A stretch of 64,000 nucleotides of DNA from Eledone cirrhosa (lineage: Eukaryota), in contig OZ024742.1 in assembly GCA_964016885.1 (NCBI GenBank), forward strand, positions 258,912,001 to 258,976,000. The letters are read 5' to 3'. Of the stretch, positions 1 through 14,518 are shown in pieces; position 1 is the stretch's first letter, and every line of letters starts with the position of its first letter. The translations under genes were made by a program, and so were the position numbers. The notes beneath the pieces were generated by a model that saw nothing but the letters and a program-made list of their open reading frames with translations, had not been told where the DNA came from and did no database searches.

Positions 1-651
1 CTCTACTTTTGCAACGTATCTCACACAAACCACTACCTATCATTTAGCTGTCAGAGTATTATCCCTCAGCCAATATGACAAACTGCTTCTCTAGCTTTGG
101 TTGATATATATATGCATAGTAGCTTAGCTTATTTACTTGTCTTAGAAATATAGAGAGAGAAGGAAAAAGGACATTTTTTTGTATATCTACAGATATTTAT
201 GTAATTATATAAATATATGATGACATAAACATATGGCTATATTATATGTAGATGATATATGAGTTAAACAATGTTTCACCATACATTTTATATTGTATTC
301 GCTCACTCAAACACACACTCACGCACATATTACATACGCAACCACAACTCTTTATGCCAAAATATTTATGACATATTGTATATGTGTGTGTGTGATTGAG
401 TGTGTTTATATTTATATACATACACATACCCAGGCGCGCCCACGCACACACACACACGAGTATATATATATGTATATATTTATATATATATATATGTATA
501 TTTATATATATATATACATAAATATATATATGTATGTATATATAGAAACAGAGAGAAAAAGAGAGAGGAGGGGAGTTGAAATGTGTGTATGTATTTTTGT
601 ATGTGCGCGTGCGGATTTAGATACAACAATAAAAAGTGCTCGTTATCAAAG

Positions 652-655
<4 letters not shown>

Positions 656-732
<77 letters not shown>
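656..732. repeat. (TA)n microsatellite, representative of dozens of (TA)n/(CA)n/(GA)n/(TACA)n tracts across the window
   Basis: Direct reading. These tracts produce the [16 protein letters not shown] pseudo-ORFs in the ORF track. Confidence 0.99.
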
Positions 733-734
<2 letters not shown>

Positions 735-846
735 TGTATTACTGAGCATACTCTACATTGCTACTCCGAGTTTTGTTGATTGCCGCTCTACACGGAGTCA
801 GCAAAACACACAGTAGCAACAGGGTGTAAGCTCAGCAATATAATAT
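731..846 (+). other. ~115-nt rod-like hairpin rich in G-U pairs, abutting (TA)n
   Basis: Nested pairings: tattactgagc/gctcagcaata, atactct/agggtgt, tgctact/agtagca, gttttgttgatt/agtcagcaaaac. Most deviations are G-U compatible on the + strand. Confidence 0.7.
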
Positions 847-1095
847 AATACATACACATATAAATACATATATCTATTCACAAACACACACACATATATA
901 CATACATGTGTGTGTGTGTGTGTTTTCGATACCTTATATAGCGCCCTGCTATTCTGTAGGTCTATAGAGATCTTATAGTCGTAATACATGCCTCACTCAA
1001 CGTTGTTACTTTTATACCGCAGCTTGCAAAATCATTTGTTCATTTGGAGCGCAACTATCTTTCAAATATCTTCTAATATATGCACATACATGATA

Positions 1096-1205
<110 letters not shown>

Positions 1206-1330
1206 TTGTGTGTGTCTGTGTATTGTATATATATATATATATGCGTACGCCTGTGTGTGTGTAAACACAATCCCCAATATGGTTACTATTGTCTCTGAGA
1301 TTTATTATGTATACTTATTATATGTATGAA

Positions 1331-1545
1331 AGTGGTTAACTGGTAGTATCGTTAGAACATAGGAAAACTTGCTTTGAGATATTTCTTCGGGTTATTTATC
1401 TTCTGAGTTCCAATCCCGCTGAGTTTCGTTTTGTCTTTCATCTTCACAGGGTCGATAAAATAAAGTACCAGTAACGAACTGGGGTTTATACAACCCACTT
1501 TCCCACCCCATTTAAATCGCTGGCCTTAGACTAACACTAGGATCA
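1331..1545 (+). mobile_element. tRNA-derived SINE, decayed copy of the main family
   Basis: Degenerate B-box ctgagttccaatccc followed by ggtcgataaaataaagtaccag, shared with 56813-57001 and other copies. Confidence 0.75.
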
Positions 1546-2354
1546 CATATCGAATGTATAACAGGATAAGGCAAGATGATGGATTGACGTTAGAACTTCA
1601 GATTGAATACTTTGTGCTATTTGGTCTGAGTTCAAATATACCAAGGTCAAGTCTGTCTTTCATCTTTTTGAGGTCGATGAATAATATACCATCGGATACT
1701 GTGTTAGATTACTTCATTCCCCCCCCCCCTCTCTCACTAAAATACACACACACACACCACCACCACCATCCACCAGAAATTAAGGGTCAAAGTCATGTCA
1801 ATGCAGGTTAAGTTGGCAGAAATGTGGAGTGTTCACATGGTTCTAATCATTGGGATCCCAGTCATGTGTTGCTAGGTAACTGAATAATATTCGTCTTTTC
1901 ATATAGTAGCGAATTACTGAGTGTTTTATCTGTCTTTATATAAACATTTTGACCCTACCCTCGTTTTATATAACATTGTTTGTTCAACAACACAACCAAC
2001 CCCTTCTTCACACTTACACATTCATTTTAACTATGCCGTTTACTGTATTCTATGTGCCAGCACTTGTGGCTTATAAGGAAATTAGAATTATTATTCCTGC
2101 AACAGATGCACGGGAAATGCTAAGGCACCATCTGGTGCAAATTACTGGCCTTGTGCCTAGAGTAGAAACAGTTATTATTGTTGAAGCTTCTTTATAATTC
2201 TACTTCTTTCCCATATTTTGGTGAGTGTCAACTTAACACCAGAAGTAAAATTAGGTAATACACACAATCAACAATAATTTGGCCTCCGAATGATACAAGG
2301 AAGCACATGAACAAAACAGTAAATACCTTTGGAAGGTATTTAATTGGATAATAA

Positions 2355-2735
2355 ACTCTTTATTAGCCAAGAAGGCTCATATTAAGGACAAAATAAAAAC
2401 GGTACAGGACGATACTGTGTGGGTTCGTGTAAAATAAAATTCATAACAAAGACTAAGAAAAATAAATATTTAAAAAAAACAAAAAACTAATTATCCGAAG
2501 GTGAGGTACTTCCATGAGTCTCTCGTGGAGGAGTCTCACAAACAGCCACGGTCACCTTCTCCGCTAGGACAAAGAACCCTCTCCCTGCTGTTCCCCTCCA
2601 ATCTAAAGGCGTATTCTCAAGGCAGGTCCATTCACACGGACCATGTGCGCCACTCTCACCGACCTTTCAACAAACTGGTTGGAAGGCCGCACTTTCCTCT
2701 CCACCCTTATTTTCCTCTTTAAGTTCAAGTGAAAT
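2355..2735 (-). mobile_element. L1/Tx1-type LINE 3' end (ORF2 C-terminus plus 3' UTR)
   Basis: Minus strand reads FHLNLKRKIRVERKVRPSNQFVERSVRVAHMVRVNGPALRIRL*, then a UTR ending ggctAATAAAga. Clade assigned from recalled similarity only. Confidence 0.55.
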
Positions 2736-2925
2736 AACAGTTAATGACAACAGAATAAAAGATACCAGCATAGCAGTGTGATTAAGGAGTTCGCTTAGCA
2801 ATCACGAAGTCTCTGGGTGCTTCCTTCTGTGTGGTACATTGAGCAAGTTACTCCTTCTATATCTACGGTTTGATCAACGCCTTCCGAGTAAAATTGGTTA
2901 AACAGCATATGCTGAAATCCCATCA

Positions 2926-3225
2926 TGTATGTTTGTATGTATGTTCTTCTGGTTTAATAATTTCACAAATATTTGCCCATACAGAGAGAGTCGGTTTCTA
3001 ACATAGATACAAGACTTTCTCATTGAAATTTACACATCAACTAGGTAGATATGTACGCATGTGTGTGCAGGTATATATGTTATTGTATGTGTGGATGTGG
3101 ATGTTTTAAATTATTTGTGTGCATGTGCATATGCTTTGTATATGTACAAGTGTATATGCAGTTATAAGATTCAGCATATTTGGAATGTTTACATATTTTT
3201 ACTGTTCCATTGATGGATTGTACTT
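2926..3225 (-). mobile_element. 3' end of RLE-type LINE (R4/Dong-like) flanked by (CATA)n; same family as 14519-14870
   Basis: Minus strand reads VQSINGTVKICK. The 3' UTR is homologous to 14519-14760 and ends agaagaacatacatac. Confidence 0.7.
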
Positions 3226-3228
3226 ATG

Positions 3229-3283
<55 letters not shown>

Positions 3284-4419
3284 TCGAAAGTAAGCTTTAT
3301 AATATATCCCACACGGGTAAGAAAAGAATTTTGAAAACGCAATTTGAGTCTTAAAAAAGGTTTATATACAATAATGTATAGCCTTACCGGTTTCACAAGT
3401 TTCATGATTTTCAAAGTTTAAGAAAGATAGTGAAAAGCATGGGTATGCTGACTTGTAACTCACATCTAACATATGTTGGGAAATTGTTTTAGTTTTATAC
3501 CAAAAAAAATGAGTCTGAAATTAAAATATATTTGAAGTATAATTTGATAGGTTGAGGAAGATCAAGTGATTAGGTATCGAATTTTTTGGTAATTTCGTGC
3601 CCCAAATCGGAAGTGTCATGGTTCTTTCAGGTTTTTTGAAGAAAGGGGACTCGAGCTGAAAGTAGAATTTGATAGGCTGAGAGTCATCAGGTTTAGTGGT
3701 AATTTCGCGCCAAAATCCGAGAGTGCCGTGGTTTAGTGACTGTATACAACATCCATTGCAGTTGGTATAGATCTTGTGGCAATCCGCAAAATATAAAACT
3801 GCAAGCATTTTCTAATGAATGTATGTAAGGGTGGGTGTATGTGTGTAGTTAATACTTTTGTTTCCTGCTACGACCGAATAATAGTAATAAAAACTACAAA
3901 AATAAAAATAATTGTTTCTACTTCTTACCCAAGTATCTTACAGGTACTTTATTTTATCGACCCCGCAAGCATGAAAGGCAAAGTTAACAAAAATAATAAT
4001 TGATTCTACTTTTAGCACAAGGCCAACAATTATCCCAGTGTATTACTGGTACTTTATTTTATCGACCCCGTAACAAAAATAATAATAATAATTGGAAGGT
4101 GAATGTCCGTGTCTGTTATGGTACCTAGTTTTGGTTTCCTGCTACGTCCGTGTATATAACAAAATCAGATGAGAGATAAGAGTTCATAAAATAACTATTT
4201 ACACGTGTTTCACTACATCACGTTAGTTACAATGTCAAGACAAACAAAATAATTTGAAAAGAAAGGAAAATATATATGTAATGAACCTAGCAATCGTGAT
4301 TGCTTGTTGTATATCGTCAGATTTATTAATATATTTGTGTGTGTATATATATATATGTGTGTATGTGTGTTATGTGTATGTATACATATGTGTATGTATA
4401 TGTATATATATATATTTAT

Positions 4420-6222
4420 TAAAATAACAGATTAAAGTTTAAGCAAAGAATCGCTGCTTTCACCCTTAACGGGATCTTCTGAAACTAACAAAGTCAATCT
4501 GTAAACGCAGAACTGGATATTTCAAAAAACGTTGCAACCGGAGGAAGACAGGAAGACGATACTTTGGTTCGTGGTAACGTTCGCTGGCAAAGAACGGGAA
4601 AAAACGAATAATACGTCATTAATAGGAGCGGTGAAAAACAATTACGCGCAACGACAAAACCACGTTTATGGTATAAAAGAGGTCGTAGACTAATGTTCTC
4701 TTAGGTGGTGCATAGAGACGTTCTCTGGCAATGAACGAAAAAACGAAGATAATAAGTCATATGTGGAGCGTGGAGAACAATAGCACGCAAAGACAAAACC
4801 ACGTAAATGGTATAGCAGAAATCGTACACTAAAATTCTAACTAGGAGACCAAATGAATCTCCGCTACAGAGTTAAGAACAAAGTAAATAAATACAATACA
4901 GAAGTAATAGGAACAAATAAATACATACACGCAAACAGATACGTACATACACAAGAATACGCAAAACCTTACCATGGGTATACAAAACCACGCACATATA
5001 AATATGTGTGTGTGTGTATGCTTGTGTACAAATAAATAAATAATTATATAAACGTATATAAGTAAATAAATACGTATATAACAAGCGCACACGCATACCT
5101 ACATATAAATACACGAATGTTCGGAGACGTAAGTCAACTAAAACAAGAAGTACACATATACACACACCCACCATACGTACGAACCTGCACACTCACGCGG
5201 ACGCAAAACTCCCGTATACACATAGCCAAACCCTAAATACCAGAATATGTAAAAATTATACGCTATAACAGTCAAATATACGTACGAGAAGGTATACATA
5301 CCTTCACAAAACATACGGGTAATATATACTTACCTATGCAAATAAGTAAAGGAATAAACAAAACATATACTTAGCTCCCACATCAAGACGTAAAATATCC
5401 ACGTATAGATCGTGCTATCCGTTAGGGTATAACGTGGGGCTGTAATACAGGAAAGTTTTGTGCAATTTATGTTTACAAGCCGAAATTGCCTCAGATTTTT
5501 TGTTTAAGATGTGGTCTGTAGCGTAGAGTATTTCCAGGGCCTCAGTGGCGCAGAGGTCACATGGTCTTTTATTTCCGTTATACGATCTAGCCCTAGCTAG
5601 GATCTCCCAGTGTAACTTATATTGGGTGTGGTTGTCTTTTAGACTCCAGATATAAGCTGAAAGTGACGTCATATTCCTTCTTAGAGGGTAACGAAAAGAA
5701 TGGGTATGCATGTAAAGACGCTGCTTGAAACTATTGGCGGTTAACCCTATGTAGGCCCTACGGGACGTGGGTGTTACAACCTTACATTTGTAGACAATGT
5801 TACTAGAGAGGCATTTCCTGGATAGGGGGCAATCAGCCCGATTCCTACAATTACAGTTAGTACTACCTACAGGGTTGCACGTGTTCCTACGGCTAGGTAG
5901 TTTAGCTAAATCTGAAGCTGTGATGTTATGTGCAAGGTTAGGAGTCGTAGAGTAAGAAATTTTAATAGTATTTCTATTAAAAATGTTACTATATTTATGT
6001 GTAGGTTGAAAATGCTTCGTAATAAGGGAAAGAAAGATCTTAGCTAATGGTGTGGCCACCTCCATATTATATGGTGGGTTAAACCAACAAATGCGACGGG
6101 ATCTATTTCTTCTAGGTCTATTTTCGTACACTGTATATGCTACCTTATCGACATATCCACTTCGAGCAAGAGCTTCATTGTAATAAGTGGAATGGTCGTT
6201 GAAAATGCGCTCGTTGGCGGGA
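4420..6222 (-). mobile_element. 5'-truncated Penelope-like element (Naiad/Chlamys-like), element B
   Basis: Contains the GIY-YIG ORF below, a ~1-kb 3' UTR with a 141-bp tandem duplication (4577-4838) and a decayed HHR-like motif at about 4448-4486. Ends against TA-rich repeats. Confidence 0.85.
5415..6220 (-). pseudogene. PLE RT-thumb/linker plus GIY-YIG endonuclease, truncated ORF
   Basis: ANERIFNDHSTYYNEALARSGY...WFNPPY...IFNRNTIKISYS...CNCRNRADCPL (CxCx5C, Naiad/Chlamys signature)...NIVYKC...AYIGLT..SFKQR..H...TSLSAYIW...CDLCATE...LNKKSE...C.HK. The frame is open upstream of the annotated 6131 start. Confidence 0.92.
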
Positions 6223-6224
6223 AA

Positions 6225-7550
6225 TCAAAAGATGGTTAGAAGATGTATTTTATTATGCGCATTTCAAAAACAAATATCATCATAGGATGATACTTGCGTT
6301 CTCATCAGATAAAATAGGGAGACATGAGATGAAGTTTAAAAAACACTTACGAGCAGCGAAGTGTTAAATCTACATATGAAAAATAAAATGAGATGGATAT
6401 ATGAGATTGGGAAAAAAAGGAAGGAGGAAGGAAATGTAAGGAAGGGGAAGAAAGAAAATAAAGGATAACGAGGGAGGAGTATAAGAAGGAAGGATGAGAA
6501 ATGAGTGAGAGAGTGATAGCCTTTAGTACTGAGAAACACTGTCTCACAGAGAGAAATTTAAAAAATCGTTGTAAGATAATACATAATTTAAAAAAAAAAT
6601 TGAAATTAAAAGTTAATGAGGTTTATGAATTGTGATGTTTATGATTGAAGAAAAAGGAATTAAGAATAGTATTTATTTAATTTATTTATTTATATATTAA
6701 AGGGTTTAATAATACGTGCAAAAAGGAATTTATTAATATGTATTATTAAAATAAAAATATTAAGGAGATAAACTGAATGAAGAAGAAATTAAATGAATTA
6801 TGAATTTAGAGGAATTAGTTAGGGTCTAAGTTTGTTTCTATGTATTGTAATATGAAAAAGTAAAAAAATATATAACGTCAAAAAAATATGTTTAAAAATT
6901 TACTAATGGTAATATTAGTATATATTAAAAATATAGTTTGTGTGGCCAAGAATATAAGGAAAATGCTATAGTGAGTAATAATATGAATTAAGAAATAATT
7001 GAGAAGTAAAAGTTACAGATTAAGGATTAGAAATTAAAAAAGTAAAAAGGAAAAAAGGAAAAAAGGAAAAAAGGAAAAAAGAAAAAAAGGATAAAAATGA
7101 AGAAAAATAGGGGACCGCTAACGACATAGAATGAGTAAATTGTATAATATAATATACTGAAAGATAGGTATATTTGTAAAAGATATAAAAGCGTTTGAGA
7201 AAAGAAGATTTTAAACTAATTAGGTAGTGAGATATTAGCTGTATACTTTATGGAAAGTTCTATGGGATTTATACAAGCAGAGCAAAAATAAATCCGTACA
7301 TCTATTTATTATAGAATTAAAATTAGAGATAATGGTAAATTTCTCGGATAGGCAGAGATTACATGTTCTGGATAGGGAAGAATTCCGGGAAGAAGAGGCG
7401 TTGGAAACCTTCCTCCAAGAAATGTTGTAGTTAATATTTTTTGTCTTTTAAGGACCATATGAGTTCTGAGAGTGCCGTGTTAGTTCTTTTAAGTTGGTAT
7501 TTAAAATACGAATTGTGATTATAAAATCTTGCTTTAAAGGAAGTGGATCT
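6225..7550 (-). mobile_element. Second 5'-truncated Naiad-like PLE (element A): GIY-YIG C-terminus 7235-7550, U-rich 3' UTR and HHR
   Basis: Manual translation, absent from the ORF track: STSFKARFYNHNSYFKYQLKRTNTALSELIWSLKD / frameshift / NINYNISW...TCNLCLSEKFTII...IINRCTDLF..C.YK...*. Homologous to the ORF at 5415-5730. Confidence 0.85.
6246..6316 (-). ncRNA. Type I hammerhead ribozyme, intact core
   Basis: UAUUUUAU-CUGAUGA-gaacgcaaguaucauc(cuau)gaugauauuuguuuuu-GAAA-UGCGCA-UA|-AUAAAAUA. 8-bp stem I, long stem II, palindromic stem III, AUA cleavage triplet. Confidence 0.88.
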
Positions 7551-7660
7551 CTTCTAAGCATCTTTTGATCTTATATTATTTAAACTCCAGTCTTATAAAC
7601 TGTTGAGTGCTACTTATCCGATATTTGCATTGCTTTATTGTGATACAATAAAACTCCCCT

Positions 7661-7701
<41 letters not shown>

Positions 7702-7889
7702 AATAATAAAAATGAGGCACAAATCAACCGGTTATAATTTACTTCATGTAATCATTAATGAATCACTGGTATATATGTTTTAATGATAACTATTACTCAA
7801 AAGTTACCACCTCATAGGACAGCTTTTAGTTGAACGGTAAAAAAACATGAAGAAGAAATTATAATTACTGCTAGGGATTCAATTCATTG

Positions 7890-7929
<40 letters not shown>

Positions 7930-7930
7930 C

Positions 7931-8377
7931 AATTACACAATCAATAATCAAAGTTATGTTCAAATCATTTTATTGCTGACAATCGTTTCTTCCAAACTTT
8001 CGTTTGGCACCATCGGAGCAATAGCAATGTTTGTACATATAGTTAACCTCCTATTCAACTGAACAATCATGTGGATACATGGATATTAATGCTGTCAACA
8101 ACAGTTTCGTATTTACAGAGTGGAATGGATGCGACAAGAGAATTGTACAATAATTAAAATTAAAAAGCACATAGCTTTTTAATTTTAATTATTGTGCAAT
8201 AATGAAACTGTTCTTGACAGCATTAATATCCATGTAGCTACATGATTGTTCAGTTGAATAGGAGGTTAACTATATGTACAATCATTGCTAGTGCTCCGAT
8301 GACGTCAAACGAAAGTTTGGAAGAAACGGTTGTCAGCAATAAAATGATATGAAAATAACTTTGATTATTGTGTAATT
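7931..8377. repeat. Fold-back inverted repeat (arms ~7931-8108 and ~8203-8377) with an inner 27-bp-stem hairpin (8142-8200); HHR in each arm
   Basis: The arms are diverged reverse complements and begin right after (TA)n. Confidence 0.92.
8289..8341 (+). ncRNA. Type I HHR with CCGAUGA core variant; mirror copy at 7971-8023 on the minus strand
   Basis: ugcu-CCGAUGA-cgucaaac(gaaa)guuuggaa-GAAAC-gguu-GUC|-agca. The mirror copy has a 7-bp stem I (uauugcu/agcaaua). Confidence 0.72.
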
Positions 8378-8581
8378 TATATTCCTGCTCTGTAAAACAT
8401 CTCATATATTTACATTGAGCTATTTTTCTTATTGGTAATAAGGTAGTAATAAATTACTGGCCTTTCCTGCTTATAGTTGTATATAGTGTATACATAACTA
8501 TAAATAGTATCATTATTATTAAATATATAAAGTAGCAGTAATGTACTGGATAATTGCTGGCCTTGTGCCAAAAGTAGAAAC

Positions 8582-8653
<72 letters not shown>

Positions 8654-8823
8654 CTGCGATTGTCTGCTGAATAAATGAAGTAAATTCTAACCATTTGACT
8701 TTTACTTCTTCACTATCTTGATACTCCGGAGTACGCAGACCTACTTCGTTGAGTGTAAACAAGTAGGTCCTTTGCATACAATAGTATCGATTGTTTAACT
8801 AACACATACCATACAGTATATAC

Positions 8824-8903
<80 letters not shown>

Positions 8904-8971
8904 TATATATATATACTTTTGTATACATATATATAATATATATATAACCATATATATATATATATATATAA

Positions 8972-9080
<109 letters not shown>

Positions 9081-9095
9081 TGTGTATACATGCAT

Positions 9096-9150
<55 letters not shown>

Positions 9151-9389
9151 GTATGTATGTAAAAGTTAAACACAAATAAAAACACAATCGGTACAGTATA
9201 TGGAAGGAATATATTAGATTAACGCTTGCAATAGCAGGAAGAACGTGTTATCTTCTTGGACGCTAGTCCGTTATCAGAAGAAAAAATGAGAAATTAAAAA
9301 AAGTGAAGCCGTTGTGGAATTGGAAAAATGGTGCCATTCTACATTTATACATATATATATATACGTTTGTATGCAAGAAGTAAACACAA

Positions 9390-9970
<581 letters not shown>

Positions 9971-10127
9971 GAGGCGCACATATATATATACATATATACA
10001 TATATATATATATATTTATATATATACATATGTACATATATATGCATACCTATATATATACTTATATATATATATATACATATGTACATATATATGCATA
10101 CCTATATATATACTTATATATATATAC

Positions 10128-10187
<60 letters not shown>

Positions 10188-10192
10188 GTATG

Positions 10193-10230
<38 letters not shown>

Positions 10231-10304
10231 TATGTATATACATGCATACACACACACATATACATATATATATATACATATATACATATGCATACACACA
10301 CATA

Positions 10305-10338
<34 letters not shown>

Positions 10339-10359
10339 CATGCATACACACACACATGC

Positions 10360-10450
<91 letters not shown>

Positions 10451-10594
10451 TAATACAGATATATGTTTACACATATACGTATATATTTTACCTCTTACAT
10501 CTAATTCTATCTTCTCATGAAAGACTAGTTTCCGAAACGTTAGACACACACACACACTCACGCGCACACACACATACACACACATACACACACA

Positions 10595-10650
<56 letters not shown>

Positions 10651-11825
10651 TATATATATATGGGAGCATGACTGCCATCTAATAACTGAAACCAGTCCAA
10701 GAATGTCTTGAAAAGGTAGAACAGTTTTGGGCACAAATATCTTCAATGAGAGATTTGTGACAACATATATAAGCCACGTGAAATAAAGAATTAAAAAAAT
10801 ATGTCCATTTCTCAGAGAAATTATCGTCTGTCAGGTGATATATCGACCAAATCATCACACTAAAATCTGTCTACTTCGTGAACACCATCAATATCATAAA
10901 CGAATGTCTACCAAGTGATAATCCAATTATACAACATCGATTCTGGCCGCCGTCTTCTTTAATCAAAAATATGTTCCATTACAATCTAATACATCTTTAT
11001 ATCAACTAACCAGTTCTGTATTGGCAGATTGTTTATCACATTTTCCTATATTTCAATGTCACAAAGACACACACACACACTAACACACACACACACGCAT
11101 ACAAAGACACAGGCACGCACACACACCCACACACAGACATACACATGCACACACATATGCAGAAACATGAACATACATAGACGATGAATATTGGTCGCTT
11201 TCGACGATGAATATCCAAGTTTTTCTACCAACAGAACGGACTGCTCATAACATTTACGTGTTAGTAGCAGCGAAATCCATATGAACGCATAACGTTATCG
11301 TAGGTCTCACTGAGATTCAACCTGACACAGTTGTGCCGTCTACCTCTTTCGAATACAGATACAGTCTTTTCGATGAATTTACAATAGTTTCCATCAATCC
11401 CGTCCCCAAACATAAGGCATATATCGACTCTAGGTTATTTTATATGACACTTGTTCATACTGCCATGCAGTTGTGTCATTGATTCCGCAGCGAACCACTT
11501 CATCATTTGGTCATGATGCATCCAGATATGCGCACACATGGAGTATGGTGGAAGACAAATCAAGACGAAGAAGATATAAGAGGAAAATCTCAGTGACTGT
11601 GATGAAAAATATGTTGGTAGTTGATTGATTGAGTAACTAACTGATGGACGGATTAATTACCTGAGTAACAACTAAAATGTTAATGAAAATCAATTGATAC
11701 GCATGTTTCATTGGCAGCGTAGCATTATCAAAGTTTAAAATGATATGTTTCAAAACAACGATTTCAAAAGACTCTTGCAAGTCCTAGACAAATGCAGTTA
11801 TATATATATATATATACAAACACAG

Positions 11826-11858
<33 letters not shown>

Positions 11859-12130
11859 AAATTCAAACAGAAATAAAGCAAACGACACAGTACAATGAAG
11901 AAATATATTATTAGTTTTACGTTTGATATAGTAGTCCTTCATGAGAAAATAGATGAAAAATTAAAGAAGGAATAGAAAGAGGTGACGGGCAATGGCGGAA
12001 AAGAAAGAAAATAGTGAAAACTAACAGATCCATTCATGTCACCATCATACCATCATTACGAAAACTGTTTTGTGTAACCTAATCAATTTTTAAAAGGTAT
12101 ATAGATGAATACATACACACACACACACAT

Positions 12131-12188
<58 letters not shown>

Positions 12189-12933
12189 TTAAACTTCAGT
12201 ATTTTACACACATACACACTTACATATACTTACATATATATATATATTTGGAGATGGTCATTTTGCCAATAGAAACAAACGCTCAATAAGCAAATGAAGC
12301 TAAAAATCCGACAACTCAGAGCGCTGGTACACTGTCAATATCATAGGTAACCATACATCTGATATTCTACAGAGAACAATATAAACAATATAAAAAGAAA
12401 CAATGAGACAGAATAAGTATTATACTTATAAAACTAACGATTCATAAGGCCAATATGGTGCCATTTCATGCCAGCAAAAATCATCAAAATTCACCGTTTA
12501 TTAACATCGGCTAATGGTGACGCTAAAAAGTAGCAATCATCTGTAAGCCTCTTGCAATTCCTGAAAAATATTAGATTACAAAGAACGAGAAGCCAGCCAT
12601 TACTCGGTTTCACGAGTAGAGTTAAAATAAAATTAGAACGTTCGATAGGACGGAAGCGGTAAATGCTAACCCTAGAAGTAGCTTACACACTAACGCAACA
12701 TTCAAAGAACTAGAAGTTTCATTGTCTTTTAATTACAAGACACGTATTGTCTATTATCGAATGTTCTATGTAATGCTTTCCACCATTCATGTTCAGTCCA
12801 CGAATTGAAATATATATGTTATTTCTAAGTTTACATATAGAGGTCTCATTCTTTCGTAATTCGAAACCATACACAATACACTATATATAAATATATATAT
12901 ATAGGTATGTGTGTGTATGCGTGTGTGCAAGTA

Positions 12934-13002
<69 letters not shown>

Positions 13003-14518
13003 ATTGAACAATGAAAGTAAAACAAGTCAGTTTTATTTTCATTGTTTTATTTTCACTGTTCAATACACACACATAGAAATATGTAAATTACTCTTTAACC
13101 TAAGCAGATTCATCGAGAAAACCTTACGCGATGATCGCCTACCTCAAAAGCTATAGGACCCTCCAATGAAACTCGCTGAAATTATCTCTCCAAATTCACA
13201 TAGAGTTCTAACAATGTTATAGACCCCACCCCAAATAGATTCCAACCAATTTATATATATATAGATAGGTAAATAGATATATGGGGGGGGGGGTCAATCG
13301 GTGTGTGTCTGTGTGTATAGAGGGAGAGGGGGGGGGAGAAAGTGATTGAGAAGGAGTAAGAGAGGGAGATAGGCAGACATACAGACAAAGAGACGGACGG
13401 ATGGGCAGAAAGACAAACAAAAAACGGATAATAGTCTTAGAAAGATTGATAGGAGTGAGGTTTTTGTGAACAATAGAATTTTATTAAGAAATGAGCACAG
13501 TGTTGAAGTGCTGGTGGGTTCAGGAGGTAATCATCATTGAGTCCTTTGTAAAGCGCAATATAATTGTATAATGTTTGTCTAGCATTGAAATAAGGCATTG
13601 ACCTCCTAATTGCAGTTTAACGGTCGAAGCAATAGCAAACTTATTACCATATTTGGGAAATGAATTATTAAATGTTGTGCAAACATCCATATTTCGATAA
13701 ATCTTGTGAAGTTGCGGTGATAAAATCGATAATAGCAATACACAAAAATCATAAGCTCGGTAATATAATACCATATGAAAATAAAAATATTAGTTCTTAA
13801 TTCGCTAGGAGATAACTGAGATATTAGGATGACAACAACACAGTTCCCAAAACATTTGTCTTTACCTTTCAAATTTTTCATCACATTATTGAAATAATTT
13901 ATGATATTGATACAGTTCTAAATTTCGTGTCAAAGAACGGCTAGGCTGGAAAGTGGCGATAAGGTTGTGTGTGTGTGAGTGTATGTCTATATATATATAT
14001 ATAGGGGGGGGGGGGGGTATCAGAGAGGGGGGGGGGGGGCGAGAGCGAGAGAGTGTGAGAGAGAGAGAGAAAAAGAGAGGGAAGAGTGTAGCGTTATTCA
14101 TGGTAACGGCAATGTCGGGAAAATGTATTTTATCACACGCAGTAACACGTATTTATGGAATTCGGAGCATGAGAATGAATGTGAATGAGACAAATAGCAC
14201 TGATTGTTGTATTCAAGATCCGAATGATTATATATATCTATATGTTTTAGAGGTTGTATAAATACAACCTCTAAAACATCATATGAATCTCTTATTCTTG
14301 GTGTATGTTTCAACCATGGAACTTCCACAGTGTCAGATAATATTTTTACTTTGGCGTCAAAAATCGTTACTCCTTCCATTTATCCACTGTGTAATGCAGA
14401 CGTATGTCGTAGGGAAATAATTCCACGGCTGTCGTTGTATCAATCCGTTTAAGACAACCTTGCACGTATGAAATGACGAAGTAAGAATATTTACGTATGT
14501 AGGAAGTATGTATGTATG

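Noticed and set aside
3380-3808. 95-aa minus ORF and a nearby GAAACCGGUA motif as a possible PLE remnant
   Set aside because: No clear GIY-YIG motifs and the 5' HHR core is too degenerate.
4196-4325. Minus-strand CUGACGA ... GAAACACGUGUA with a long spacer
   Set aside because: Core words are present but stem I does not pair. At best a decayed extended HHR, so not called.
4577-4838. 141-bp tandem duplication in the Naiad-like 3' UTR as a possible SECIS (some Naiads encode selenoproteins)
   Set aside because: No convincing AUGA/AA/GA SECIS fold by eye and no in-frame UGA in the visible ORF.
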